Program-made: the position numbers and the translations under genes
The notes under the pieces: generated by a model
What the model saw: only the letters and a program-made list of their open reading frames with translations
Told to the model about the DNA's origin: nothing
The model's database searches: none
IMG/VR virus record: IMGVR_UViG_2084038018_000001
Coordinates: 1 to 64,000 of that record
Strand: one strand, 5' to 3'
DNA length: 64,000 nucleotides
Source of the DNA: a virus
Shown here: positions 31,686 to 42,111 of the stretch, in pieces
Layout: each line of letters begins with the position of its first letter
Numbering within the stretch: the first letter of the stretch is position 1

Positions 31686-34600
31686 TAACATGTTTTCACA
31701 ATCGCCGATGTCGTCGTACTACGGCTTCGGTATCAACCCGGCGTATACCACGCCGGCTTACATGTCCAACTTCCGTCCGGCGTACGCGTCGGATACGGAT
31801 CCCTTCAACCCCTACTCTCAGAACCGCAGCTACATGGAAGCCCTGCGGAACCAGTACATGTTCAACCCGATCGGGACCTACGCGTCCGATCCGGCGGAAG
31901 ACGAACGTGCTAACAACTGGTCTCTGAACACGATGCACTCGGACGCTTTCGTTAACGGCGTCACGAAGGTCGGTATCCCGCTGGCAGCCTGGTACGGAGC
32001 GAACAAGTTCTTCGGAATGAAGGTCGCCTCTCGTTCACCGACGTCCGGTCTCTGGGATCGTTCAGCAGCATACGCTGGAGCGATTTACCGTGGTCAGGGG
32101 ATGAAAGCGGCTGCGGCGGCATGGGGTGCAACGGCTGCTCAACAGTCTCTCGGTGCAGCGGCAGGTTCTGTCCTGGGTCGTGGCGCTGGGCAGATTGCCG
32201 GTGGGTTCATCGGCGGTGCAGGGCGCTTAATGGGGCTTGGAGGAGCGCTGGGGGGAGCGGAGGCGATTCTCGGTGGTGCCGGTGCAGTAGCAGGTGGCCT
32301 GATCGGTTCGATCGCAGCGCCTCTCGCCGTCGGTGCTGGCGTAGCGAAGGCCGCTAACTACTACCTTGCGGAGCCGTACATCGGTCTGCGTCGTGGTGAA
32401 GACGCGATGCTCGCCAACACGGCTAACCAGTTCGTTGGTGGCTCGGCAGGTCCTAATATGGGATCTTTCGGTATCTCAGCACGTCACGCTAACCGTCTGT
32501 CTCAAGCCTTCATGCAGGATAACATCCGTGACATGGGCTTCCAGCCAGGTGACTACGCGGCAATGGCCGACTACGGCATGCAGGCGGGGATCTTCAATGA
32601 TATCGGCAACTTAAACGTCGATGACATGAAGAAACGCGTCTCTGGCATGGCGGATTCCGTGAAGATGATCATGGCGGTGGCGAACACCACGTCCGTGAAG
32701 GAAGCGATCCAGTACATGTCCCGCTTGAAAGCCGCGGGCGTCTCTAACCCTGGTGCCGTGACCCGTGTCATGAGCGAAATGGGGATGGCTGCAGGGATTT
32801 CCGGATCCTCTGCCGAGCAGATCATGAACACCGTGGGTAACCAGGGCCAGATGATCGCTCAACGTCTTGGCATGCTGCCTGTCATGGGTCAACGTCAAGC
32901 AGCGAATATCTATGCAGGATTCGCTAACGCGTATAAAGCCGGTACGCTGAACCAAGCGGACGCAGCGGCTCTCGGTGGCGTAGAGGGTGCCACTCAGTAC
33001 GCGATGGAAGGTGCGGGACGTATCTTCTCGATGCCGTACTTCAAGGCCGCGATTAACTCCGGTGCTGAGCTCGGCTCTGGGAACATGCTGAACGTCGCAG
33101 CGGCCTATGGTACACGTCGTGCCGGTAACCCACTGCAGTCCTTCGGTGACGACATCATCAACTCCGGTGTCCGTACGACTGAGTACCTGAACAAGCACTC
33201 GTCGATGGAAACGGTGATGAACTTCCTGTACGACCAGACGGCGAACATCCCGTCAGCTCGTGGGAAGGACGGTAAGGTCGATATCCGTGCAGCACTCGGT
33301 TGGGCAGTGACGAACGGCTACCTCTCTGAGGAAGAAGCCCGTACCTATGCCCTGCAGTTCAAGGCCGGTAAGGATCCCGAGTCTCAGCGTCGTCTGGAAG
33401 CGGCATCCCGCGGTACTGCTGACAAGCAGATGAACCAATGGATGAGCCAGCAGGGCTACGATACGCTCTCAGGCGTACCAATTCTGGGCAACACGATTCA
33501 GAAGTTCCGTCAGCTCAACCGTGACGTCCTGGAGGAGTCTTCCGGTGTTTCCGGAGCATTCACCCGTATGCGTGCCGGCATGTCTGACTCCTGGGATTCC
33601 TTCCAGGCCTCGGTCATGGGGCGTAAGAACCCGAACCAGCAAGCCGCAGCGACCTGGTCGATGGAGAACGGGCAGCAGGTCCGTACGGAACTCGACATCG
33701 GGTCCTACATGTCGTACATGGGCAACGAAACCCGTATGACGGGGAACGACGGCATCCTGAAGTCGCTCGCGAACGACGTCCTGAACGCCGATCCTGAGTC
33801 TGAACTCGGTAAGATGGCCAAGAAGCTGTATGCCGGCATCGGTAAGAATCAGGATAACCGTGCAGATCTTGACGCCTACTACCGCCTGAAGAAGGGTGAC
33901 GTTGGTGCTGCTCAGGGGATGACGCGTTCCCAGTACATGGACCAAGGTAACCGTGCCCTGCAGACGGCCCGTGTGAAGGAAACCAAGGTTACGGCGATGG
34001 ATCTGAACCCGAAAGTCTCTGACGACTTCGTCAAGTCCTTCGGCAGCACCTCTGAGGAATCGTGGTGGAGTCAGTTCGACCTCTTCGGCCTGGGCCCAAC
34101 GAGCATGGGTCGTGACGTCAGTGCCTTCAAGGACGGTGACGGTGCCCGTGTCTTCAACGCAGCGATCGGCTCTATGTCCCGTACCGGTAAAGCGGACCTC
34201 AGAGACCTCTATGAAGCCGGTGGCGGTGAGAATTCCTACTTCTCAGGCGATTTCGGTAAACTGCTCGCGAAATACAAGCAGGATCCGAGCTCACTGACCG
34301 CTGAAGAACGCTCCCGTGTGGAAGAGTTCATGGCGATGCAGAAGATGTCAGGCATGGACAAGTCCACTACCGACAAGATCGAGCAGGGAATCTTAGCGCT
34401 CGGCCGCGGGGATAACCAGAATGCCGGCATCCTCTTCGGTGAAGAAGGCGATAAGTACCGTGAGAACATCGCGAAGAACGTCGGGAAGACGATCGAAGGG
34501 ATGGACGTATCGACGATCCGTAAGGGTATGAAGTTCGGGATGCAGAAGAACGGACGTACCGGTAACGACATCGATGCGATCGACTCACTGTCCGATACCT

Positions 34601-34947
34601 CACTGATGAACGGTGGCGTTCGAGCCCTGGCTGAGAAGATCCAGAAGGGTGCAGAGATCTCCACGGCAGCGAACCAGTCAGCTTCACAGAACCGTGATGA
34701 GATGGGCCGCCTGTCAGAGAAATTTGGTGGGGAAGAGTTCGTTAAATCCTTCGGTGACGTAGCGGATAACATCGGGAAGGCGACGGATGGTCTGTCCGGT
34801 TCAGCTGATGCACTGACGAAAGCGGCAGCAGAGCTTTCTAAGGCAGCAAAAGCCGGCGGAAATGATCCGAAACTGACTCAGGCGATCGAAAATCTGAATA
34901 GAATCCTCACGAAGCCCGGTCTAGGTAACGTGAAGCCTAACTTTTGA
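31678..34947 (+). CDS. tape measure protein (putative)
   Basis: 1089 aa downstream of the chaperone pair and upstream of the baseplate genes. Gly/Ala-rich hydrophobic stretch GAAAGSVLGRGAGQIAGGFIGGAGRLMGLGGALGG, typical of tape measures. Confidence 0.6.
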   Translation: MADNMFSQSPMSSYYGFGINPAYTTPAYMSNFRPAYASDTDPFNPYSQNRSYMEALRNQYMFNPIGTYASDPAEDERANNWSLNTMHSDAFVNGVTKVGIPLAAWYGANKFFGMKVASRSPTSGLWDRSAAYAGAIYRGQGMKAAAAAWGATAAQQSLGAAAGSVLGRGAGQIAGGFIGGAGRLMGLGGALGGAEAILGGAGAVAGGLIGSIAAPLAVGAGVAKAANYYLAEPYIGLRRGEDAMLANTANQFVGGSAGPNMGSFGISARHANRLSQAFMQDNIRDMGFQPGDYAAMADYGMQAGIFNDIGNLNVDDMKKRVSGMADSVKMIMAVANTTSVKEAIQYMSRLKAAGVSNPGAVTRVMSEMGMAAGISGSSAEQIMNTVGNQGQMIAQRLGMLPVMGQRQAANIYAGFANAYKAGTLNQADAAALGGVEGATQYAMEGAGRIFSMPYFKAAINSGAELGSGNMLNVAAAYGTRRAGNPLQSFGDDIINSGVRTTEYLNKHSSMETVMNFLYDQTANIPSARGKDGKVDIRAALGWAVTNGYLSEEEARTYALQFKAGKDPESQRRLEAASRGTADKQMNQWMSQQGYDTLSGVPILGNTIQKFRQLNRDVLEESSGVSGAFTRMRAGMSDSWDSFQASVMGRKNPNQQAAATWSMENGQQVRTELDIGSYMSYMGNETRMTGNDGILKSLANDVLNADPESELGKMAKKLYAGIGKNQDNRADLDAYYRLKKGDVGAAQGMTRSQYMDQGNRALQTARVKETKVTAMDLNPKVSDDFVKSFGSTSEESWWSQFDLFGLGPTSMGRDVSAFKDGDGARVFNAAIGSMSRTGKADLRDLYEAGGGENSYFSGDFGKLLAKYKQDPSSLTAEERSRVEEFMAMQKMSGMDKSTTDKIEQGILALGRGDNQNAGILFGEEGDKYRENIAKNVGKTIEGMDVSTIRKGMKFGMQKNGRTGNDIDAIDSLSDTSLMNGGVRALAEKIQKGAEISTAANQSASQNRDEMGRLSEKFGGEEFVKSFGDVADNIGKATDGLSGSADALTKAAAELSKAAKAGGNDPKLTQAIENLNRILTKPGLGNVKPNF

Positions 34948-34955
34948 GGTAATTT

Positions 34956-35165
34956 ATGAATAATATTCTGATCGTCAACATGAACGCTACGGAAATCTTC
35001 CGTCAGCAAGTTGCGAGTGCCATGGAAGGCATTCGTTACCAGAACTCTGGTGGCACTAAGACGTACATCCCGCTCCAGATGGGCGGGGTTTTCATGCAAC
35101 GTGAGATGCTGGAAGCGGGCAACGTTGTCCGTATCACGAGAATCGTAGAGGACACTAATGGCTAA
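34956..35165 (+). CDS. hypothetical protein (69 aa)
   Basis: GAGGT SD. Overlaps the next gene by 8 nt. Confidence 0.55.
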   Translation: MNNILIVNMNATEIFRQQVASAMEGIRYQNSGGTKTYIPLQMGGVFMQREMLEAGNVVRITRIVEDTNG

Positions 35166-36570
35166 TTACGCTAACAAGTACGGGGTAGCCCGTATCAACC
35201 AGGAAGGCGAACGTCTGTTCACCGTCCGTCCTCGTTATAACGCGACCAGTGAGGATAACCCGACGCGTGGTGAAGCGGCAACGCTTCGTCTCGTCATGAG
35301 TGAAGATCCGACGGCGGATACCGTCAACGCCCTGACTGCCGGCATGCCTTACTTCGAGGCTGTCGCGTTCAAGCGTATGATGAACCAGGATGAGTCTAAC
35401 GGTGGCTACAAAGACTTCATCATGACGGACCTTGCCTACGATATCCAGGAAAAGTACCAGGTGTTCCACACCTTCGGTGGGCACGAGTGCGTCTATTTCT
35501 ATGGCCAGGCGCCGCTAGCGATCCGCATCTCAGGTTTACTGACCGATGACCTGGATAACGACCAATTCGCCCGCTTCGCTCAGCTCTATACGAAGCACCT
35601 GCGTGGAACCAAGGCGGCCCAGAACTACTCGCTCGTCGAGTTAGCCCTGCCGAACGCCACGTTCTTCGGGTCGATCACGTCGTTCTCCGTGCAGCAGAAC
35701 GCCAACCGTGATACCGACGTCGGCTTCTCGATGGGATTCCTCGTTAAGGAAACAATCTTCCGTTCAACGGATGCGTACTTCGAGAACGATTCAGGCGAAG
35801 TGACGGACTATCAGGATGAGAACTTCCTGGGAACCCGTCCGACGGCGACCATTACGGCTTCGGATATCTACACGAAGTACAACGACATGATGGCCGAGAT
35901 TGCTGCTAATGGATCTTCGACGAACGCGAACGAGATGCTCGGGCAGTACAACCCGAACGCGAACTTCAACATCTTCGGCGTGTATACGCAAGCGATCAAC
36001 TCGATTCCGACGATGAAAGACCTGCTCGGTATCGGACCAGAGGACATCGCTGCGATCCTGACGGAATGGAACAACGTCCTGAACGACTTCCTGTCCATCC
36101 CGAATGCGATCGTCAACAAGGTGAACTCGTATGTCGATGAAGCCACGTCGTACCTGACGGTCGTCGAACGCGGTCTGGACCAGATGATGGACTCCGTGAC
36201 CGGTACCGTTGGCGCTATCCAGGCGATTCCCGGGAAGATCGAGAACGCCGTGGGTCAATTCGTGAACTTCCCACAGACGATCGCCTCTCGTGTCGGTCGC
36301 TTCCTGGATAACGGGTTCATGACACCGGACGGTGCCGACGGTTCAGTCCTCAAGGGCTCGCATGGCGGTACCGGGGATTCAGACTCGAACGCGTTAGTCG
36401 GGGGCTCCCGTATGGGTTCCGCCGCTGCCGCCGCACTGCTACAAGCCGGATCGCGTGCCGATACAGGACCAGACCGTGGAGCCACGATCAAACCGATTCC
36501 GATCAACGTCGGCATCGTGAAGAACCCAGATGAAACGGCAGTACTGCCGCAAGGAGCAACAGATGAGTAA
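35158..36570 (+). CDS. hypothetical tail/baseplate-module protein (470 aa)
   Basis: Position between the tape measure and hub only. No motif recognised. Confidence 0.6.
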   Translation: MANYANKYGVARINQEGERLFTVRPRYNATSEDNPTRGEAATLRLVMSEDPTADTVNALTAGMPYFEAVAFKRMMNQDESNGGYKDFIMTDLAYDIQEKYQVFHTFGGHECVYFYGQAPLAIRISGLLTDDLDNDQFARFAQLYTKHLRGTKAAQNYSLVELALPNATFFGSITSFSVQQNANRDTDVGFSMGFLVKETIFRSTDAYFENDSGEVTDYQDENFLGTRPTATITASDIYTKYNDMMAEIAANGSSTNANEMLGQYNPNANFNIFGVYTQAINSIPTMKDLLGIGPEDIAAILTEWNNVLNDFLSIPNAIVNKVNSYVDEATSYLTVVERGLDQMMDSVTGTVGAIQAIPGKIENAVGQFVNFPQTIASRVGRFLDNGFMTPDGADGSVLKGSHGGTGDSDSNALVGGSRMGSAAAAALLQAGSRADTGPDRGATIKPIPINVGIVKNPDETAVLPQGATDE

Positions 36571-37243
36571 TTTAGGGGTACGTTCCTATGCCCAATCGAT
36601 GACCCTTGAGAACTTCTTCAAGCAGAAGGCGATGCCTGACCTTCTGCCATCCGTGAAGGCCTTCACAACGAAGGTCCTTCAGCCAACGGTGAAGGTTGTC
36701 GAAGACGATTGCCACACGATGCTCGGACGAAATGTGTCAGCAGACGACTACTCGATGGTCGGCCTGCTGGCCCTCGATACTGACGAGATCATCGATGAGG
36801 CCTACGTGATTGATAAATACGAGCACAACATCTTTACGATCCGTGTTCGGGACACCTGTGCATGCACCTCCAAGGGCGGTGTGTGCCGTAAATGCCTGCA
36901 CGGTACGTATATCCGTCTGGGCATCACTGAGCCGCTTCCCGAGGTCGGTGCCGTGGTGAAGATGCCGGTTGAGTCATCAGCCTACCTGAACCACCTCGCC
37001 GGGACGTACTCAGGTGCTATCATGGGTGCTCTGCCACTGCCGTCACCGCCGCTGCCACTGCGTCCAGGTCTCTTCGAAGAGCTCGTCTCTCACGAGGAAA
37101 TGGACATGATGATCCGCCAGATGGGTTCTTTAAAGATTCCACCGGATGAGGTAGACTATCTGAATAACATCAAGAGCCGCTTCGAGCGTGCTCTCATGAT
37201 TCTGGCCTACTACGGAGCGTACGGTAATGCGTTTAGAAAATAA
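36563..37243 (+). CDS. hypothetical baseplate-module protein with a Cys cluster (226 aa)
   Basis: Start moved to ATG 36563 (AAGGAG 6 nt upstream). CACTSKGGVCRKCLHG motif. Confidence 0.6.
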   Translation: MSNLGVRSYAQSMTLENFFKQKAMPDLLPSVKAFTTKVLQPTVKVVEDDCHTMLGRNVSADDYSMVGLLALDTDEIIDEAYVIDKYEHNIFTIRVRDTCACTSKGGVCRKCLHGTYIRLGITEPLPEVGAVVKMPVESSAYLNHLAGTYSGAIMGALPLPSPPLPLRPGLFEELVSHEEMDMMIRQMGSLKIPPDEVDYLNNIKSRFERALMILAYYGAYGNAFRK

Positions 37244-40200
37244 TCTCGGCGGGGACAACCTTTACGGTAACTTCCGGCTGTACATCGAGGGGATCGAGGT
37301 CCCCTTCTCAGCTGCGAGCGTGACGAACACCTATCGTGGATTACCTACGGCCCAGATCACTCTGGCGCCGTGGCGTGGTTTCTCGGAAATCACCAAGGGA
37401 TACTTCCCGAAGGTTCACCTCTTCTATCGTGACTTCAACCAAGGCCTGGCACCGTACGACATCAAGCGAATGGCAGCAGGTATCGCGTCAACGAACGTGA
37501 CCACGGCGGCCGCGGCGATGGGGGAATCTGCAGAAACCTACAACAAACTCGAGCGTCATGCCTACAAGCTGATCTTCGGAGGCGTTATCACGTCGGTCAC
37601 GGACTCCAAGTCACTGGCCGGCGACGGCGGTTCTGCATCGATCTCCCTGAACTGTGTGCACCCGTACTATATCCTGAATGAAATCCTGTTCAAGTACATC
37701 GGGACGAACCCGCAGGAGACGAACGCCCGAGATTCTGCCTTCGGTATCATGGTGGACGGCGGCAACGTCGGCTCTATGTACACGATCGAGCAGGCTCTCG
37801 CAGGCGTACGAGCTCCAGGCGCTGGCCAAAAGACCTTAGAAGACGGCGGCGGCGACACGTCTGTCCTTTCTGATACGATGTCGGATAACTACTGGCGTCT
37901 TCAGGGTATCCCGGGCGTGATCGTGGCGCTATGGAACTCCTTCAAGCGTTCAGCGTACTCCACGGGGAACCAGAAGGACAAATCCATCATGACGAAGATG
38001 TACATTCCTCTGATGGAAAGCGGCCTGAAGTATTTCACCAAGATGACGGGGCATCCGGTCATCGAAGGGTCTATCCAACGTGACTCGAAGACGGCACCGA
38101 CCCAGGCGCCAACGACGACGCAGACTGCCGCTAAAGGATCTCCGGAAGCCGTTCTCGGCCTGTCTACGATGTCAGATCGCGGTAAGAAAGAGCTCATCGA
38201 GTTCGCGGAAGGCCGTCACTACAAGCTGTACGATGACGCCACGGGCAAGACGATCGCCCACGCAGTCGATGCCGTCGGTACACCGTCCATCGGTGTTGGC
38301 CATGCGGTGGCGAAGACGGATACCCAGTTCGATGGCAAGACGCTCTCTGACGCTCAGGTGAACAACCTGTTGTCCGATGACGTGTCGAATGCAGAGCGTG
38401 CAGTCTCTCGCCTCGGACTTAAGCTGTCACAGGGACAGTTCGATGCTCTCGTCGACCTCACCTTCAACGTCGGGCCCGGCGGTCCGGGTAAAGACGGTGC
38501 CCTGCAGCAATCCAACGGCCAGCCATCGACGCTCGTCCGCTTGATCACCGAGGGGAATACTCAGGGTGCAGCGAACGAGTTCATGTCATGGGTGTATGCC
38601 GGCGGCCAGGTCTCTCAAGGTCTGGTGACACGTCGTAAACGTGATCAGGCGTTCTTCCTGGATTCCCCACTGCCGTCAGCCCAGAGCTTAGCAGCGAACG
38701 CCTATTCCTCACGAGGTTCTAACGAGGAAATGGCATCGAACAACGGGAAGCTCATCCCGGGGAACATGAACGGTCTGCTTCCGGCGGCCATGGCGACTCA
38801 GCTCCTGAGCATCCTCTCGAACTCCATGACGTCGGGCGGTACCGGAGAGGTCATGTCATACGGACAGCTGATCGATGCCTTCCTGGAAGTCGTTGAGTAT
38901 GACCACGTTATTCTGAACTCTCCGGCGAAGATCGGTATCGCTGGCATCCCGGAGATCGTCGATCACGTCTATAAGCCACGGATGTTTGCGTACTACTCAC
39001 CGATCTGTAACGTGCTGCTCCCGAACATGTACGAAGCCTATTCGGTGAACATCGGGACTGATCAGGTGCCGTCCCGTGTGATCTACAACGGGATGCAGTT
39101 CACGGCGGACTCTCAGGCGAACTACGGGACGTCGGTGAACCTGCACAACTACGTCTCCCCGCACTCCGTTCGTAAGGCTCTCGCCGACGGCGGCAACCTG
39201 AAGGGTACCCTCGCATCCCTCGTAGCGACGCCAGGCAAATATGAGTGGGGCTCAGGTGTGCGTACAGCGGACGGTACTCTGCCTTACTGGTATGCCGTGC
39301 TGTCAAACCAGACGCCATCGGCTAACGTCGGTGACCTCGCGTCCGGAACGACGCTGGACAACCTGAAGGCGGCCTGGAACAAGCTGTATCCGGAAGACCC
39401 AACGCTGAACCCGTGGGATACCGATTTGTCCGGCATCGAGGCCTACCAGCGTCTGTTCTTCACCGGTGTCGATGTAGAGTTCTCGAACATCTACTCACAG
39501 GCCCGCCAGGGAAGCGTAGAAGGCGTTTTCAACCCGTTTATCGTCCCAGGCTACCCAATGGACATCATCGACCCAAGTCCTCTCAGAGAGTCATACCATG
39601 GCTTCTGTACGTCGGTCACGCACTCGTTTGATGCCGCGGGATACTCAGCGACGTCGATTGGCATGTCTTCGGCCTACACCTTCTCGGAGATCGCAACGTG
39701 CTATATCCCGGGAACCTACCCATGGCTCTTGGCCCAGCTGAAGATGGATGAGAACCTGTCGATGTATGGTAATACGCCGGCCTTCCAGCGTGCCTGCCAG
39801 TACTATAACGACGTGCTCGGCGTCGGTGCCGCTGACCCAACGATCCTAGAAGCGTACTCTACCGGGAAACCTTTCCCGCTGAAACGTAACATGGGCGTTT
39901 GGGAAATCGGTGAGTCAGCAACGCTTCAGGGCTCTGACCACCCGACACTCTACACGACGACGCTCGGTAACCTGAACCTCGTGGCCCGTAACATCGCGTC
40001 GCTTCTGGACATCGAGAAGGAACACGCCATGGTGGCAGAGACCTTCGTCGATATCGACATGTGGAACCAGGGTTCTCCGACCGTTGAAGAAGTCCGTAAG
40101 GGACCGTGGGTGAATGACCAATCCGGAACGCAGGATTCGTCTACACTTCGCGGCCGTGACATGGAGGCCTCAGCCTTCCTGGATTATGATTCAGAAGCCG

Positions 40201-40721
40201 AGACGCCAGATCCAGTGATCGTTGCCGGTGATCGTCCGACGAATGTGCCACCGACTGTGGGTCAATCCGGTCTACCGCTTCAGCAAGCGACGGTTCAGGG
40301 TCAACTTCCGGATGTTCTGCCTAAACTCGGTAAGCGTTGTTCAGTAGGCGCCCTGGATGCAGAATCTCAGGCGAAATTGGCTGAGTGTCACCCAGATCTG
40401 GTGAAAGTCGTGATGAAAGTCATCGAGACCCGTCCTGTCGTCATCACCTCCGGTTACCGTACCTCTGCTAAACAGGCGGCTCTGGAGAACGGTGGTGGTC
40501 AGTATGCTCAGGGTGCGGGCAAAGGCTCTCGTCACCTCAAGTATCCGTCATGGGCAATCGACATGGTGCCGTGTAACAACCTGAACGCATCATCGCGTGC
40601 GGTCATGGAGAACTTCGCTACGTACGTTCTGCAGTGTGCTAACTCGATGGGCGTGACGCTTCGTTGGGGCGGTAACTTCTCAACGTATGACCCGGTGCAT
40701 TTCGACTTAGGTCTCGGTTAA
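37227..40721 (+). CDS. baseplate hub/tail-associated lysin with a GH24 lysozyme domain and a C-terminal M15 (VanY/hedgehog-type) peptidase domain
   Basis: 1164 aa. Lysozyme region around 38160-38665 (EFAEGRHYKLYDD...TPSIGVGHAV...FDALVDLTFNVGPGG). M15 region around 40339-40718 (SGYRTSAKQ...GSRHLKYPSWAIDMVP...DPVHFDL). Confidence 0.7.
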   Translation: MRLENNLGGDNLYGNFRLYIEGIEVPFSAASVTNTYRGLPTAQITLAPWRGFSEITKGYFPKVHLFYRDFNQGLAPYDIKRMAAGIASTNVTTAAAAMGESAETYNKLERHAYKLIFGGVITSVTDSKSLAGDGGSASISLNCVHPYYILNEILFKYIGTNPQETNARDSAFGIMVDGGNVGSMYTIEQALAGVRAPGAGQKTLEDGGGDTSVLSDTMSDNYWRLQGIPGVIVALWNSFKRSAYSTGNQKDKSIMTKMYIPLMESGLKYFTKMTGHPVIEGSIQRDSKTAPTQAPTTTQTAAKGSPEAVLGLSTMSDRGKKELIEFAEGRHYKLYDDATGKTIAHAVDAVGTPSIGVGHAVAKTDTQFDGKTLSDAQVNNLLSDDVSNAERAVSRLGLKLSQGQFDALVDLTFNVGPGGPGKDGALQQSNGQPSTLVRLITEGNTQGAANEFMSWVYAGGQVSQGLVTRRKRDQAFFLDSPLPSAQSLAANAYSSRGSNEEMASNNGKLIPGNMNGLLPAAMATQLLSILSNSMTSGGTGEVMSYGQLIDAFLEVVEYDHVILNSPAKIGIAGIPEIVDHVYKPRMFAYYSPICNVLLPNMYEAYSVNIGTDQVPSRVIYNGMQFTADSQANYGTSVNLHNYVSPHSVRKALADGGNLKGTLASLVATPGKYEWGSGVRTADGTLPYWYAVLSNQTPSANVGDLASGTTLDNLKAAWNKLYPEDPTLNPWDTDLSGIEAYQRLFFTGVDVEFSNIYSQARQGSVEGVFNPFIVPGYPMDIIDPSPLRESYHGFCTSVTHSFDAAGYSATSIGMSSAYTFSEIATCYIPGTYPWLLAQLKMDENLSMYGNTPAFQRACQYYNDVLGVGAADPTILEAYSTGKPFPLKRNMGVWEIGESATLQGSDHPTLYTTTLGNLNLVARNIASLLDIEKEHAMVAETFVDIDMWNQGSPTVEEVRKGPWVNDQSGTQDSSTLRGRDMEASAFLDYDSEAETPDPVIVAGDRPTNVPPTVGQSGLPLQQATVQGQLPDVLPKLGKRCSVGALDAESQAKLAECHPDLVKVVMKVIETRPVVITSGYRTSAKQAALENGGGQYAQGAGKGSRHLKYPSWAIDMVPCNNLNASSRAVMENFATYVLQCANSMGVTLRWGGNFSTYDPVHFDLGLG

Positions 40722-40734
40722 GGGTATAAGAAAT

Positions 40735-41034
40735 ATGAGCGATTACAATGCAGTATTAACCTATCCTGAGGGACTTCCGGCATCACTGCCGGAGTCTCAG
40801 GTCGTTCAACCAGATGAGAATCTGATGTCGAGCGAAAAGATGAACATCGTACGACGTTTCCACAACATGATTCCGACGATCCTGATCTCTGACGGTCGTC
40901 TGTCAACGACATCCAACCCGAAGGATTGTTTCGTTTATCGTCGAAACTCCCGACAGTTGCAGGAATTGATGGTAGACTTCTCGTACAACGTAGTGAGAGC
41001 ATTCAACTTAACACAAGAGGTATCCCATGAATGA
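40735..41034 (+). CDS. hypothetical protein (99 aa)
   Basis: Translationally coupled to the sigma factor gene (ATGAATGA overlap). Confidence 0.55.
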   Translation: MSDYNAVLTYPEGLPASLPESQVVQPDENLMSSEKMNIVRRFHNMIPTILISDGRLSTTSNPKDCFVYRRNSRQLQELMVDFSYNVVRAFNLTQEVSHE

Positions 41035-41731
41035 GGAATTAGGTGATAAGGACCTAGAGTTGTATCATCGCTGGAAAAGCAGTGGCGACAAGACTGCTCT
41101 GAAGAACCTGGTGAACAACTTACGTCCGATCATCCAGTCTGAGACGAACAAGCTGTCCGGTTCGCTCCCGCAGTCTGCCCTGAAGGGTGAAGTCGTGTCC
41201 TGGGCACTGCGTGCTATCAAGGAGTTCGACCCAACGAAGGGCACGAAGCTTTCGACCCACGTCTATAACTGGACGCGTAAAGCTAAGCGCCTGAACTATA
41301 CGTACCAGAACATCGCGAACATGGGTGAAGACAAGCAGCTGCAGTACGGTAAGTATAACCACGCTGTCACCACCCTCGAGGATGAACTCGGCCGTGATCC
41401 GACGAACAAGGAAATCGGTAAACGTATGGGATGGTCGGAGAAGGAAGTCGATAAGTATAAGGCCCTGATCTTCCAGGACCACTACGAATCCGGCAACCTC
41501 TACTCTCCGGAACACTCTCGGTTCAACGAGGACCCGCTGAAACTAAACTACATTAAGAGTCAGCTGACCCCGGACGAACTGAAAATCCTTGATGGACGAG
41601 CATCGAAGATGCCTGCGAGCGAGATCGCTCAGTCACTTGGAATGAACCTCAATCAGTACAACTATGCGTCCGGTAACCTGACTAAGAAAGTTAAGTCGCT
41701 ACAGGAGAAATACGGGACATGGGGCAACTAA
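41027..41731 (+). CDS. sigma-70 family (group 3/4-like) sigma factor
   Basis: Region 2-like LRAIKEFDPTKGTKLSTHVYNWTRKA. Region 3-like LEDELGRDPTNKEIGKRMGWSEKEV. Region 4-like LTPDELKILDGRASKMPASEIAQSLGMNLNQ. Confidence 0.75.
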   Translation: MNEELGDKDLELYHRWKSSGDKTALKNLVNNLRPIIQSETNKLSGSLPQSALKGEVVSWALRAIKEFDPTKGTKLSTHVYNWTRKAKRLNYTYQNIANMGEDKQLQYGKYNHAVTTLEDELGRDPTNKEIGKRMGWSEKEVDKYKALIFQDHYESGNLYSPEHSRFNEDPLKLNYIKSQLTPDELKILDGRASKMPASEIAQSLGMNLNQYNYASGNLTKKVKSLQEKYGTWGN

Positions 41732-42111
41732 ATGACATTCCATCGATCGTCCGTGAGCACTTTGACAAGGTAGGCAGCTACTTTAAGGGAATGGCCGGGT
41801 TCTTCGGGGACCCGGAAACTCCCGGCAAAGATGCGAATGAAGCGATCACCGGCGTTGACCTCTCGGGTCTTCGTCGGGCGATTCAGAGCCGCGTTAAGGG
41901 CTCTGCATCCACCACTAACGCCGCCCTTTTAGCTTCCTTTCGTGATCTCGACTCTATGCAGGCAGAACTCGCTCTCCGGAATATGTCCCGTGCGGACTAT
42001 TACCGAGAGGCTGCCTCTGAAGCCGGGATCCGACAGGCTAACTGGACGAACAACATGAACAACAATCTGTTTAACCTAACGGGAGCACGACAGGCTCCGG
42101 GGAGTGAATAA
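41719..42111 (+). CDS. hypothetical protein (130 aa)
   Basis: Overlaps the sigma gene by 13 nt. Confidence 0.55.
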   Translation: MGQLNDIPSIVREHFDKVGSYFKGMAGFFGDPETPGKDANEAITGVDLSGLRRAIQSRVKGSASTTNAALLASFRDLDSMQAELALRNMSRADYYREAASEAGIRQANWTNNMNNNLFNLTGARQAPGSE

